Of a DNA stretch of 64,000 nucleotides, positions 10,383-19,989 are shown piece by piece. Every line of letters begins with the position of its first letter. Positions within the stretch are counted from its first letter, which is position 1. This DNA is from a virus, in the IMG/VR virus record IMGVR_UViG_3300045988_079560. One strand, written 5' to 3'. The notes beneath the pieces were generated by a model that saw only the letters and a program-made list of their open reading frames with translations, was not told where the DNA came from and did not search any database. The translations under genes and the position numbers were made by a program.

Positions 10383-11044
10383 TGGAAAGAGAAGAATTTA
10401 AGATTTTGGTAAAAGCTATGAAAGCGGTCTACGCACAGCCGACATTCATACCAGATAAAGACGCTTTCGATGTGTGGTATGGATTATTACAAGATCTTCC
10501 GTATGAGCAGGCAAATTTGGCGATACAAAAGTACATGACGAGTGAACGTTTTCCACCAACCATCGCAGATATTCGCACTAAAGCAACGGAGATAATTGCT
10601 CCGGCGGAAGAAAGCATGAGCGAACTGCAGGCATGGGCGTTGGTACAGAGAGCGTTAAGGAACTCCGGTTATAACTCAGAAGAGGAATTTGCAAAACTGC
10701 CGGAGGCGTGCCAAAGAGCTGTTGGAACGGCGGCAAACCTCAAAGAGTGGGCGTTGATGGATTCAGACCAAGTGGCAACCATTGAACAGTCACACTTTAT
10801 CAGGAACTATCGGACTTCGGTGCAGCGGATGAAAGAAGAGGCACGTCTGCCGGAGAATGTAAGGATGCTCATAGCCGATATGGGGAAGAAACACGCAGCA
10901 CTTATGGAAAAGGCAGTAGACCCGCAGATAGAAATGCAAAAAATTGAAGTGCCGGAGGAAAAGACCGAACCACCATCCGGTATGTCAAACGAAACCAGAA
11001 AGAGACTGGATGAAATGTATGAGAAGTTCGGTGTTAAAAAGTAA
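10382..11044 (+). CDS. Loader/G39P-type phage replication protein
   Basis: Position after replisome organizer and ADKDAFDVWYGLLQDLPYEQANLAIQKYM. Confidence 0.6.
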   Translation: MEREEFKILVKAMKAVYAQPTFIPDKDAFDVWYGLLQDLPYEQANLAIQKYMTSERFPPTIADIRTKATEIIAPAEESMSELQAWALVQRALRNSGYNSEEEFAKLPEACQRAVGTAANLKEWALMDSDQVATIEQSHFIRNYRTSVQRMKEEARLPENVRMLIADMGKKHAALMEKAVDPQIEMQKIEVPEEKTEPPSGMSNETRKRLDEMYEKFGVKK

Positions 11045-11091
11045 CGGAGGAAAGGGCAGCGCGCATAAATCCTGGGAACCTCTGAAATGGA

Positions 11092-11745
11092 TTGAGAAAA
11101 TTATCATACAAAGAGATGAGGGAAAGAGGATTGTGTCCGAAGTGTGGTAAAGAAAACCCAACGCCGGAAAGATCCATGTGTCCTGACTGTGCGGCAAGAA
11201 ATTCTGAATTACGCAAGCAGAACCGAAAATACCATGAAAGGATTGGGATATGCACTCATTGTGGGAAAAATCCAGCAGAACCTAACAAAAAGCTATGTTA
11301 TGAGTGTTTGGGTCAATTTCAAGATAGTTATTCGGAAAAAGGGAAAACCGATGAACAGAAAGAGAAAGATCGGCTGAGGAAAAGGCAGTTAAAACAGACA
11401 CGCATCGAAAACGGGCTATGCCCCAGATGCGGAAAACATCAATCACAGAATGGTGGTTTGTGCCAGAGATGCAGGGCGTATCTGAAAAATTATAGAGACA
11501 AAAACCGATGCGATTTGTCACGTTCAGAGAGACCGGACTACGGCATTTGCTATATATGTGGCAAAAATCCAACAATGAAAGGGAAAAAGGTGTGCGATAA
11601 GTGTTATGAAACACGGCTGAGTACCTTACCGGCAATGTGGGAAAATGCGAATAATGACTACTTCCGGCAGCTTAATTATGCGAGATTTTGCATGATAAAA
11701 AATCAAAGAAAGGAGAAAACGAGTGGATCAGATTTCAATGTTTGA
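11092..11745 (+). CDS. Protein with four tandem CxxC...CxxC zinc-ribbon-like modules
   Basis: CPKCGKENPTPERSMCPDC, CTHCGKNPAEPNKKLCYEC, CPRCGKHQSQNGGLCQRC, CYICGKNPTMKGKKVCDKC. Confidence 0.75.
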   Translation: MRKLSYKEMRERGLCPKCGKENPTPERSMCPDCAARNSELRKQNRKYHERIGICTHCGKNPAEPNKKLCYECLGQFQDSYSEKGKTDEQKEKDRLRKRQLKQTRIENGLCPRCGKHQSQNGGLCQRCRAYLKNYRDKNRCDLSRSERPDYGICYICGKNPTMKGKKVCDKCYETRLSTLPAMWENANNDYFRQLNYARFCMIKNQRKEKTSGSDFNV

Positions 11746-12862
11746 TTTAATGTACCCAACATTTAAGACTGACAACCCAGTGCGATTGATAGAATTGTTT
11801 GCCGGGGTTGGTTCTCAGGCGATGGCACTTCGTAATCTTGGCGTACCGTTTGAACATTACCTTATGTCTGAATGGGAAATGCACGCCACGGCATCATACA
11901 AAGCTATTCACATGGCGGACGATGATACGGATTACAGTGCAGAAATGAGTTCTGAGGATGTTATACAGGCACTTACTCAGTTGGGAATATCCGTGGATGG
12001 AAAGAAACCTCTCACGGAAGAGCAGATAAGGAGTCATTCATACAGTGACGCATGGCGCAGAGAATGTTACAACAACATAAAAGCCACGCACAACCTTGTC
12101 AACATTTGCTCAATGAGGGGGGGTGATCTGGCAATAACGAATACTGACAGATACACCTACCTTATGACGTATTCGTTTCCATAAGACCTTGCCAGGACTT
12201 ATCACTCGCCGGAAAGATGCGAGGAATGAAAAAAGGATCAGGAACACGTTCCGGGTTACTGTGGGAAGTTGAAAGACTTCTGAATGAGACAGAAAATCTT
12301 CCCCAGATACTTCTCATGGAGAATGTGCCACAGGTTATCAGCGCAGACAACATAGACGATTTTCATAGCTGGTGCAGCTTTCTTGAAAGCAAGGGATATA
12401 AGTGTTATACGCAGATCCTCAATGCAAAGGATTACGGAGTGGCACAGAACAGAGAGCGTTGTTTCATGGTATCTATTTTGGGAGATTATAATTACAAATT
12501 TCCGCAGCCGGTTCCACTGGATAAGACAATGAAAGATTATTTGGAGGACGAGGTAGACGAAAAGTATTACATCAACTCTGAAAAGGCACAGAAACTCATC
12601 AAGGACTTACGAGAGAGCGGTCAGTTAGACGGTATCTCAAAAACCGTTAGGGGGGGGGCAGAGGCTCAGTAGACCGGCATCATTGGGATGCGGTGTTACA
12701 GAAGTAGACAGCTCAGATGAACCATGAGCCGGCCATTGATTGTGGCTCATACGGGAACAGGCGGAGAAAGAGGACGTATAATGTCCCCAGATGGCATATC
12801 AGTGGCATTGTCGGCAACGGATTATAAAGATCCACCGAAAGTTTTAGTGGAGGAAAAAGTAA

Positions 12863-13039
12863 ATGGCAGACAGAATAATCGTAGTCGGCTCACTGAACCC
12901 GGAAAAAGAAGTCCAGGACAGGGTCCGAGTTTTATCGGGGGGGGGTATTTGCCAAGCGATAAGGGCAACAGACTACAAAGATCCTCCGAAAGTGCTTGTG
13001 GAATCTACGACCCATACAATAAAGCATTGTACAAAATGA
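12863..13039 (+). CDS. Standalone module ORF within the methyltransferase array
   Basis: GGAGG then ATG; MADRIIVVGSLNPEKEVQDRVRVLSGGGICQAIRATDYKDPPKVLVE... Confidence 0.4.
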   Translation: MADRIIVVGSLNPEKEVQDRVRVLSGGGICQAIRATDYKDPPKVLVESTTHTIKHCTK

Positions 13040-13102
13040 TATGCCCTACCCTATTGGCGAGCGACTACAAACATTTGAAATATGTAATTGAGGAACTATG
13101 AA

Positions 13103-13252
13103 ATGGCAAATAAGGTACGCTGCATACAACTGGGGAATATCGCCGTAGGAAAGAGCTGGGATAATCCTCAGAGAGGAAGAATTTATTCCGTAGACGGAAT
13201 TGCCCCGACCTTAAACACTTGTGGGGGGGCAATTTGGAACCAAAGATATTAG
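13103..13252 (+). CDS. Standalone module ORF within the methyltransferase array
   Basis: MANKVRCIQLGNIAVGKSWDNPQRGRIYSVDGIAPTLNTCGG; frame lost at a G7 tract. Confidence 0.4.
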   Translation: MANKVRCIQLGNIAVGKSWDNPQRGRIYSVDGIAPTLNTCGGAIWNQRY

Positions 13253-14386
13253 AAATCAAGGAAAGGAAAGAAGATATTGCAGACCGGGATTAAGAGGTTA
13301 GGCAATATTCTCCCCACTTCCACGAGAGAGAACCCAAACCAAGGGCGAGTGTATGATACCGGCGGCATAGCTCCGGCGATTACGAGTGGGGGGGTACTGT
13401 ACCTTGCATAATAACAGAGACGGAGGCGAAAACGTGGTTGAAAGAATCATTGTTGCAAGCAGAGGGCGAAACCCAAGCAATCCATCAGACAGAACCACAG
13501 GCGCACCAACGGAACAACGGTTAGAGCCAAACTCAGAGGGGTTGTGCAATACACTTACTTCCGTCCAAAAAGACAACTATGTTTTGGAGATAAGAGTAAA
13601 TGAGGATTGACTTTGCGATATGCCGTTGCGTCAGAACTGAATACGGCAAAAGGATAAGAAAATTATACGAAAGCCACCAGATTTCAGAAAAAAGAGGCAA
13701 TATGACTCAACTTGAAGCAAGAACTGATGGTATATCCAACACCCTCACAACTGTTCAAAAAGACAATCTGGTTTTAGAGATAAGGACGGTGGATGATGGA
13801 TAGAGAGTATGTAGGCATCCGGCAGGCAACACAGAAAGGTTATATCGAATGTGAGATTGGCGGAGTTGCAGATTTCTCATACCCGACAAGTAAATTACGG
13901 CGAGGAAGAGTGCAAGGCGGCGGTCATGTATGCCCTACACTTACATCCCAAAGCATGGGGATTTGCCGTATTGAGAAAATTGTTCGGGGGGGGGCAGGAC
14001 GGTATGCAGCATAGTGACAATCTCGCGGAAAGGAGTACAGAAATGGCAAAAGTAGGGCAGATTTCCAACGAGGGAAGTCGATGCGGATCTGTTTATTCTG
14101 ATAATGGCAATTCTCCAACGTTGACCGCCGGAACGCATGGAGATGCGAACTCAAAGGTTTGCACAGAGTACCGCATAAGAAAGCTCACTCCAAAAGAGTG
14201 CTGGCGGCTGATGGATTTCTCAGATGCAGATTTCCATAAGGCGGAGAAAGTAAATAGTAACACACAGCTTTATAAGCAGGCCGGAAACAGTATCGTGGTA
14301 AATGTTCTGGTTGCAATCTTAGGGCAGTTATTCATCGGAAAAGAGGATGTATATAGAGACTGCAAGGTAAAGAAATAGGAGGCAAT

Positions 14387-14608
14387 ATGGAAAAATTAAA
14401 ACAGATGGTGGTAATGAGAGAAAGCCACGAAAGAGACGAGGGAACAATGGGATTTCACGATTATGTGACAGTGAAAGAGGACTTCAATAAATTCGTGGAC
14501 AGAGTAACAGAGGCTTGCGAAACAGTTAATGGCAAATTCTTGGGAGTTTCTTATCCTAACGAAGATACCGCCGTTATTCTGTATAGATGGTCTGACGGAT
14601 TGCATTAA
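14387..14608 (+). CDS. Hypothetical small protein
   Basis: ORF with RBS (ataggaggcaat). Confidence 0.6.
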   Translation: MEKLKQMVVMRESHERDEGTMGFHDYVTVKEDFNKFVDRVTEACETVNGKFLGVSYPNEDTAVILYRWSDGLH

Positions 14609-14626
14609 ATTTTTTTGAAGAGAATG

Positions 14627-14644
14627 TTTAGTCGGACAAACATA
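14627..14644. promoter_or_regulatory. Palindromic repressor operator
   Basis: TGTTTAGTCGGACAAACA. Confidence 0.65.
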
Positions 14645-14924
14645 ATTATGAAAGAAAGGAGAAAAAACGGTATGTTAGGAAAAACCGCAAAGGGAAAACA
14701 GGCAGAGGATAAAGAGACTGAGTATGCTTCCTATGAGATTTGCCGGAAGAGCAAAGTGGGAGAGTATATTCAGGCAGGGCAGGAGTTTTTTGTGGCTGAC
14801 ATGAAAAAGAAAAAGATTTACAGCTCCAACGATCTGCGCCTGAGAGAGCTATCGGAAAAGGTAGACTCTGAGGACACATTCGTATTCAAAGAAGCAACTT
14901 ATATGTAAACAGGAGGACAGTTTT

Positions 14925-15128
14925 ATGAGCAACAGCAGTAATGGAAACAGTGGAAAAGCATCAGGCGGTATCGGATTTTTCGGAGTGTTACAGCTTATCT
15001 TAATCACTCTGAAATTATGCAAAGTAATCACATGGTCTTGGTGGTTAGTTCTTCTCCCTATCTGGATTGGGATTGGACTTACGGCAATTCTTATTGTAAT
15101 CATCGCGATCGCAACAATTTTGAAGTAG
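14925..15128 (+). CDS. Small membrane protein
   Basis: Hydrophobic segment WWLVLLPIWIGIGLTAILIVIIAIA. Confidence 0.6.
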   Translation: MSNSSNGNSGKASGGIGFFGVLQLILITLKLCKVITWSWWLVLLPIWIGIGLTAILIVIIAIATILK

Positions 15129-15140
15129 GAGGGAAAGACA

Positions 15141-15449
15141 TTGACGCAGGAGCAGATGAGAAACCTCAACACCATCGTAGAAACGTATGGAAACGATGCA
15201 CAGGAGGATATGGCTATTGAAGAGTGTTCCGAACTCATCAAAGCCATTCTGAAATTCCGCCGCAGTGATGAGAAAACAGCGGAAATGAGAGATGCAGTGA
15301 TTGATGAAATTGCAGATGTACAGATCATGCTTACGCAGTTGGGAATTGTCTTTAACTGCGTAGCAGAGGTAGAGGATAGAATTGATTTCAAAATCAATCG
15401 CCAGATGGGGCGAATTAAGGAAAGAGAGGCAAAACGTGATGTTTGTTAA
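15141..15449 (+). CDS. MazG-like nucleotide pyrophosphohydrolase-type protein
   Basis: EECSELIKAILKFRR...RDAVIDEIADVQIMLTQL. Confidence 0.8.
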   Translation: MTQEQMRNLNTIVETYGNDAQEDMAIEECSELIKAILKFRRSDEKTAEMRDAVIDEIADVQIMLTQLGIVFNCVAEVEDRIDFKINRQMGRIKEREAKRDVC

Positions 15450-15747
15450 GTCTCAGGATGGAGCGGTAGTTCTGAACAACGACAAGGTAACAGAATACAG
15501 CACGGACAGCAAATATGATGGGCGGTACAAGGTTGCTGCCCTCGTAGGACAAAACAGAGTAGTGATTGGCAGATATTCTACGAAAGAAAAATGCAGAATG
15601 GCGATTTCAATGCTTATGGACTGCTACACCATGAATTTGCTGTTTGAAAGAGGACAGGATGAAAACCCCAGAGACTTAGTATGTGAATATGTGGCGGATC
15701 AACCACTTGGAGTGTTTGAGATGCCGCAGGAGGATGAAATCGAATAG
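15439..15747 (+). CDS. Hypothetical phage protein
   Basis: MFVKSQDGAVVLNNDKV... Confidence 0.55.
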   Translation: MFVKSQDGAVVLNNDKVTEYSTDSKYDGRYKVAALVGQNRVVIGRYSTKEKCRMAISMLMDCYTMNLLFERGQDENPRDLVCEYVADQPLGVFEMPQEDEIE

Positions 15748-15756
15748 GAGGACACT

Positions 15757-16293
15757 ATGAGCAAAGAGTTTTATAGAGGGGAAATCTTCTATATCCGCAA
15801 TGAGAGCGAATATAGCGGAAATGTACAGGGGGGGGGTAGACCTGCGGTAATCATAAGCAATGATATTGGCAACAATGCAGCTCCCATATTGGAAGTGGTT
15901 TACCTTACCACCCAGGAAAAGAAACCGTTGCCGACACACGTTAAAATCAACAGTTCAAAATATCCGTCCACCGTGCTTTGTGAGCAGATTGATACGGTAA
16001 ACAAGGATAAGGTTGGAGATTACATAGGACAGTGTTCTATGGCGGAAATGAAAAAGATTGATGCAGCGTTGGCAGTAAGTATAGGCATTGGAATTAACAT
16101 CAAATCGAATGATCTGGTAAAGAAGTGGGCGGAAGCCGCAAATGAAGTAGTGGAGCCGGAGAAGAAAGAACCTGAGCCTGTTGTGGCAAAGGTGGAGATG
16201 CCGGACATTGAGACACAGTTGGAAATCGCAAAAATCACAGCCGAGAGGGACGTGTATAAGCGGTTATACGAGGAAGCAATGGCCCGGAGATAG
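15757..16293 (+). CDS. PemK/MazF-family toxin-like protein with C-terminal extension
   Basis: RGEIFYIRNESEYSGNVQGGGRPAVIISNDIGN...VCEQIDTVNKDKVGDYIG. Confidence 0.8.
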   Translation: MSKEFYRGEIFYIRNESEYSGNVQGGGRPAVIISNDIGNNAAPILEVVYLTTQEKKPLPTHVKINSSKYPSTVLCEQIDTVNKDKVGDYIGQCSMAEMKKIDAALAVSIGIGINIKSNDLVKKWAEAANEVVEPEKKEPEPVVAKVEMPDIETQLEIAKITAERDVYKRLYEEAMARR

Positions 16294-16301
16294 GAGGAAG
16301 T

Positions 16302-17027
16302 ATGGCTCTAATAAAGAGAGATAGAGAAAACTTCTGGATGCTAAATTGGCTTGATGAATACATGACCGGTCACAAAGGATTTATATGTGGAGGATGTTTC
16401 AAAAACATATTCAATAAAGAAAAGGTAAAAGACCTTGATATTTTCTTTGAGAATGAAAGTGATTTTGATGATGCGGTACAGTATTTTGACAGCCAGACAC
16501 CCGGATATGACGGAGACGATGTAAGAGATGAGAAATATCATTTCCACTACGAAAACGACAATGTAAAGGCGTACAAACACATTGAAACAGGTGTTGTGAT
16601 TGAACTTTGTTGCAAAATATTTGGAAAACCGGAAGAAATTCTGAATAAGTTCGATTTCACAATCACGAAGTTCGCATATTACAAAGAGGAAGTAGAGGAT
16701 GAAACTGGTGCGGTAGCGAAAAACCAAGAACTTCCGTTTGAAACTCTGGAAGATGAACATTTCTTAGAGGAAATTGGAATACCGGAAACACACATTGAGT
16801 ACAAAATCCTGATGGATGATGCGTTTTTTGAACATCTGCATCTTAAACGGATTGTAATTGATAAAGATATTCCATTTCCAATGAGCACTTTTGAACGGAT
16901 GCTGAGATATGCAAAGTACGGATATTTCCCATGCAAAGAAACAAAGATGAAGATAATCAATGCACTTAGGGATTTGACAGACGAACAGGTTGAATTATCT
17001 GAAAGCCTTTATGACGGCATGGATTAA
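16302..17027 (+). CDS. Nucleotidyltransferase-like protein
   Basis: KGFICGGCFKNIFNKEKVKDLDIFF (GG...DxD Pol-beta-like signature). Confidence 0.55.
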   Translation: MALIKRDRENFWMLNWLDEYMTGHKGFICGGCFKNIFNKEKVKDLDIFFENESDFDDAVQYFDSQTPGYDGDDVRDEKYHFHYENDNVKAYKHIETGVVIELCCKIFGKPEEILNKFDFTITKFAYYKEEVEDETGAVAKNQELPFETLEDEHFLEEIGIPETHIEYKILMDDAFFEHLHLKRIVIDKDIPFPMSTFERMLRYAKYGYFPCKETKMKIINALRDLTDEQVELSESLYDGMD

Positions 17028-17036
17028 GGAGGAAAC

Positions 17037-17558
17037 ATGAAAAAGACAGCGAGAGTAATAGTGACATTAGCTTGTAACAGAAAATGCCCCGGATGCTGCA
17101 ATGAGACAATCGGAAAGGTTGCGAGTATCGGAGATATTTCGGTTCTCTCAGACTATGAGGAAGTTGTGATAACCGGCGGAGAACCAATGCTCAACCCGGA
17201 CAGCCTGTTGAGATTTATCAAGGCACTGAAAAAGCAGAACAAACGGCAGAGAGTGTATCTGTACACGGCTTGTTTATCAATGGATGATTACGGAAAGATC
17301 CTTAATCAGTTGGACGGAATCACAGTAACGCTCCATGCCGAGGCAACGGATGATGATATTCGCAATCTGAAATATATGAGCTGCAACCTCTATGGAGAGG
17401 ATTTGGATATGCGGTTGTTCATCGACCGTAGAGTATATGAAAAATATGATTTATCCAATATCTGCCTGAAAACGTGGGATGTCGTGAGAAAACTGGAATG
17501 GAAAGAGAAATGCGATCCGGCGGACAATGAGGATCTGCTTTTGTTCCATTTGTTTTAA
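17037..17558 (+). CDS. Radical SAM domain protein
   Basis: VTLACNRKCPGCCNE (Cx3Cx2C) and VVITGGEPML. Confidence 0.85.
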   Translation: MKKTARVIVTLACNRKCPGCCNETIGKVASIGDISVLSDYEEVVITGGEPMLNPDSLLRFIKALKKQNKRQRVYLYTACLSMDDYGKILNQLDGITVTLHAEATDDDIRNLKYMSCNLYGEDLDMRLFIDRRVYEKYDLSNICLKTWDVVRKLEWKEKCDPADNEDLLLFHLF

Positions 17559-17828
17559 GGAGAACACTATGGGAAATTACAAAGTGGTTTCAATAACGGA
17601 CCGGGAGGGCAATCCCCGGACAGATGGGAGATACCCTGACAGAGCAGGAAGAATATGTGCCAAGCCAAACGTGAGAATCGGAGAACAGATGGTAATTCAG
17701 TGGATCTCAAATGCCGATGGCACACCATATGTCGGAGAACTCACAACGAGTATGGCAATTTCCTATATTGAGATAAAAGGAAAAATCACAGTAACAACGA
17801 GACATTCAGTATACACATTCGAGAAGTT

Positions 17829-18401
17829 ATGAGAGAATCAGAAACTTTTGATTACATCCGCCGGAAGTACCCGGGCAAGGAAGAAAAATGGAGAAAAGTC
17901 ACTAGACTTGTAAAATTCGATGAGAATTTGGAAGTTAAGAGCGTGCATGATTTCAACATCAACTGCTACATATCAACATTTGGGAGGCTTATAAGAAACG
18001 GAATCCTCTGCAATATGGCATACGGAGATAAATATGATATTTCCAGTATGTTCACAGACACGGATGGGAACCAAGTACGGTTTAAGAGACACCAGATTGT
18101 TATGCAGACTTTCTTCATGGGAGACAGACGGCGGTATGACACCGTAGACCATATAAATAACATGGAGAGGTTCGATAACAGCATATACAACCTCAGATGG
18201 GCGGACAAGGGCGTACAGTGCGGAAACCGCAAGGACAAGCCTGGGAAACACAGAATGGTTATCTGCATAGGCGATGAGGAAGAAATCTTTTTCTCATGCC
18301 GGGAGGCGGAACGCCTGTATAATCTACCGCCGAACTCGGTTGGTAAGGTATGCCGTGGAGAACTGGAATCCATATATGGTTATAGATTTGGATATTTATA
18401 A
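17829..18401 (+). CDS. HNH-type (homing-like) endonuclease
   Basis: RRYDTVDHINNMERFDNSIYNLRWAD. Confidence 0.75.
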   Translation: MRESETFDYIRRKYPGKEEKWRKVTRLVKFDENLEVKSVHDFNINCYISTFGRLIRNGILCNMAYGDKYDISSMFTDTDGNQVRFKRHQIVMQTFFMGDRRRYDTVDHINNMERFDNSIYNLRWADKGVQCGNRKDKPGKHRMVICIGDEEEIFFSCREAERLYNLPPNSVGKVCRGELESIYGYRFGYL

Positions 18402-18412
18402 GGAGATCAGAG

Positions 18413-19018
18413 ATGGGAAAAGATTGGACCGGAAACGGCAAGAGTATTTTTACAACCCTTGGCGCATCCAACCACACAGAGAAAGAAAGAGAGATTAACG
18501 ACTACTATGCGACAGACCCTATCGCAGTAGACGCATTGTTACAGGGGGGGGCAGAGCTGAATCATAAGATTTGGGAGTGCTCTGCAGGACAAGGACACTT
18601 ATCAGAACGTCTCATAGAACTTGGGTACGAGGTACGCAGTACGGACCTTATCGACAGAGGGTATGGAGAGGGTGGAATAGACTTCTTGCAGACAACAGAA
18701 ATGTGGGATGGCGATATTCTTACCAATCCTCCATATAAGTATGCGAAAGAGTTTATTGAGCACGCAATGACGATCATACCGGACGGGAGAAAAGTGTTCA
18801 TGTTCCTTAAATTACAGTTTTTGGAGGGAAAGGCTAGAGGCGAACTGTTTAAGAAATACCCTCCGAGATATGTGTATGTGTCACGCAGCCGTATTCTGTG
18901 CGCCAAAAACGGAATGTTTGAGGAAATGAAAGCCGGAGGCGGAAGTGCAGTTGCATACGCGTGGTATGAGTTTCAGAAAGGTTATAAGGGAGTGAGCATT
19001 ATTAAGTGGATAAATTAG
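18413..19018 (+). CDS. SAM-dependent DNA methyltransferase-like protein
   Basis: WECSAGQGHLSERLIELGYEVRSTDL...GDILTNPPY. Confidence 0.8.
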   Translation: MGKDWTGNGKSIFTTLGASNHTEKEREINDYYATDPIAVDALLQGGAELNHKIWECSAGQGHLSERLIELGYEVRSTDLIDRGYGEGGIDFLQTTEMWDGDILTNPPYKYAKEFIEHAMTIIPDGRKVFMFLKLQFLEGKARGELFKKYPPRYVYVSRSRILCAKNGMFEEMKAGGGSAVAYAWYEFQKGYKGVSIIKWIN

Positions 19019-19707
19019 ATTTTGGTTACTACAACATGGACTGTATGGCCGGTATGAAACTTTTCCCTGATAAATACTTTGATGTGGCAATCGTAGACCC
19101 ACCATACGGGATCAATGCGCCGAACATGGCGATGGGAACCAATAAGAGCCGGACGAAGAACGGTTATCCTGCCGAAAGCACAGCAAGCAGATTAAAGCGA
19201 AGCGGGCAGACAAAGGAATGGGATAGCAAGCCGCCGACAGAGGAATATTTCAAAGAATTGTTCCGGGTATCGAAAAATCAGATTATATGGGGCGGAAATT
19301 ATTTCAATCTGCCACCGACAAAATGTTTTGTTGTATGGGATAAGGTGCAGCCGTGGGATGCCTTTTCACAAGCGGAGATTGCGTGGACTTCCTACAATCT
19401 CCCGGCAAAACTGTTCAGATACTCAAACACTGGCGGAGCAAATTCAGAGAAACGCATCCACCCAACCCAGAAACCGATAGCATTGTACGAATATCTAGTA
19501 GGTGCTTTTAAGCTATCGGGGGGGGTGGTACTTGACACCCATGTAGGATCTGCGTCAAGCCTCATAGCATACCACAGAACCGGTGTGAAGTTTGTAGGAT
19601 TTGAGATAGATACCGAGATGTATGAGGTCTCAAATACAAGGTTAGAAAGAGAAAGAGCACAATTATCACTATTTGATTTGGGAATGGAAAGGAACGATAA
19701 CAGATAA
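19006..19707 (+). CDS. Adenine/N4-cytosine DNA methyltransferase
   Basis: VAIVDPPYGI ... VVLDTHVGSASSLIA. Confidence 0.92.
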   Translation: MDKLDFGYYNMDCMAGMKLFPDKYFDVAIVDPPYGINAPNMAMGTNKSRTKNGYPAESTASRLKRSGQTKEWDSKPPTEEYFKELFRVSKNQIIWGGNYFNLPPTKCFVVWDKVQPWDAFSQAEIAWTSYNLPAKLFRYSNTGGANSEKRIHPTQKPIALYEYLVGAFKLSGGVVLDTHVGSASSLIAYHRTGVKFVGFEIDTEMYEVSNTRLERERAQLSLFDLGMERNDNR

Positions 19708-19722
19708 TAGGAAAGGAGAAAC

Positions 19723-19986
19723 ATGAGGGTAAAAAAGGTTTGCAGATGCAAAACTTGTCAAAAAATATACCCCAACGGAATCGTGGAGATATGTAATTGC
19801 GGAACTATTTTGGGAGAAAAGATACCGAGAGCTGAAAGATTAAGCAAAATGTTCATTCCGGGCGCAACAATTACATTCAATCCAGAGGCATTTCAAGGAT
19901 ATGAAGAGGGGGTATTAAGAGCGACCGATAATTGCGAAACCATTGTTGCAAGAAAAAGATTTTTACGAAGATGGGAGGTTATTTAG
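19723..19986 (+). CDS. Small zinc-finger-like protein
   Basis: CRCKTCQKIYPNGIVEICNC. Confidence 0.5.
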   Translation: MRVKKVCRCKTCQKIYPNGIVEICNCGTILGEKIPRAERLSKMFIPGATITFNPEAFQGYEEGVLRATDNCETIVARKRFLRRWEVI

Positions 19987-19989
19987 CTG

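Larger units (their letters stand above)
11723..14378 (+). pseudogene. Cytosine-C5 DNA methyltransferase locus split into many frames, with a tandem array of target-region-like modules
   Basis: RLIELFAGVGSQAMALRNLG; FP|CQDLSLAGKMRGM; MENVPQV; NAKDYGVAQNRERCFMVS; terminal RKLTPKECWRLMDFSDADF...QLYKQAGNSIVVNVL. Confidence 0.85.

Noticed and set aside
12724-13101. 12724..13101 as an independent 125-aa gene
   Set aside because: Its sequence switches between two module frames of the methyltransferase array; it is better read as part of that locus.
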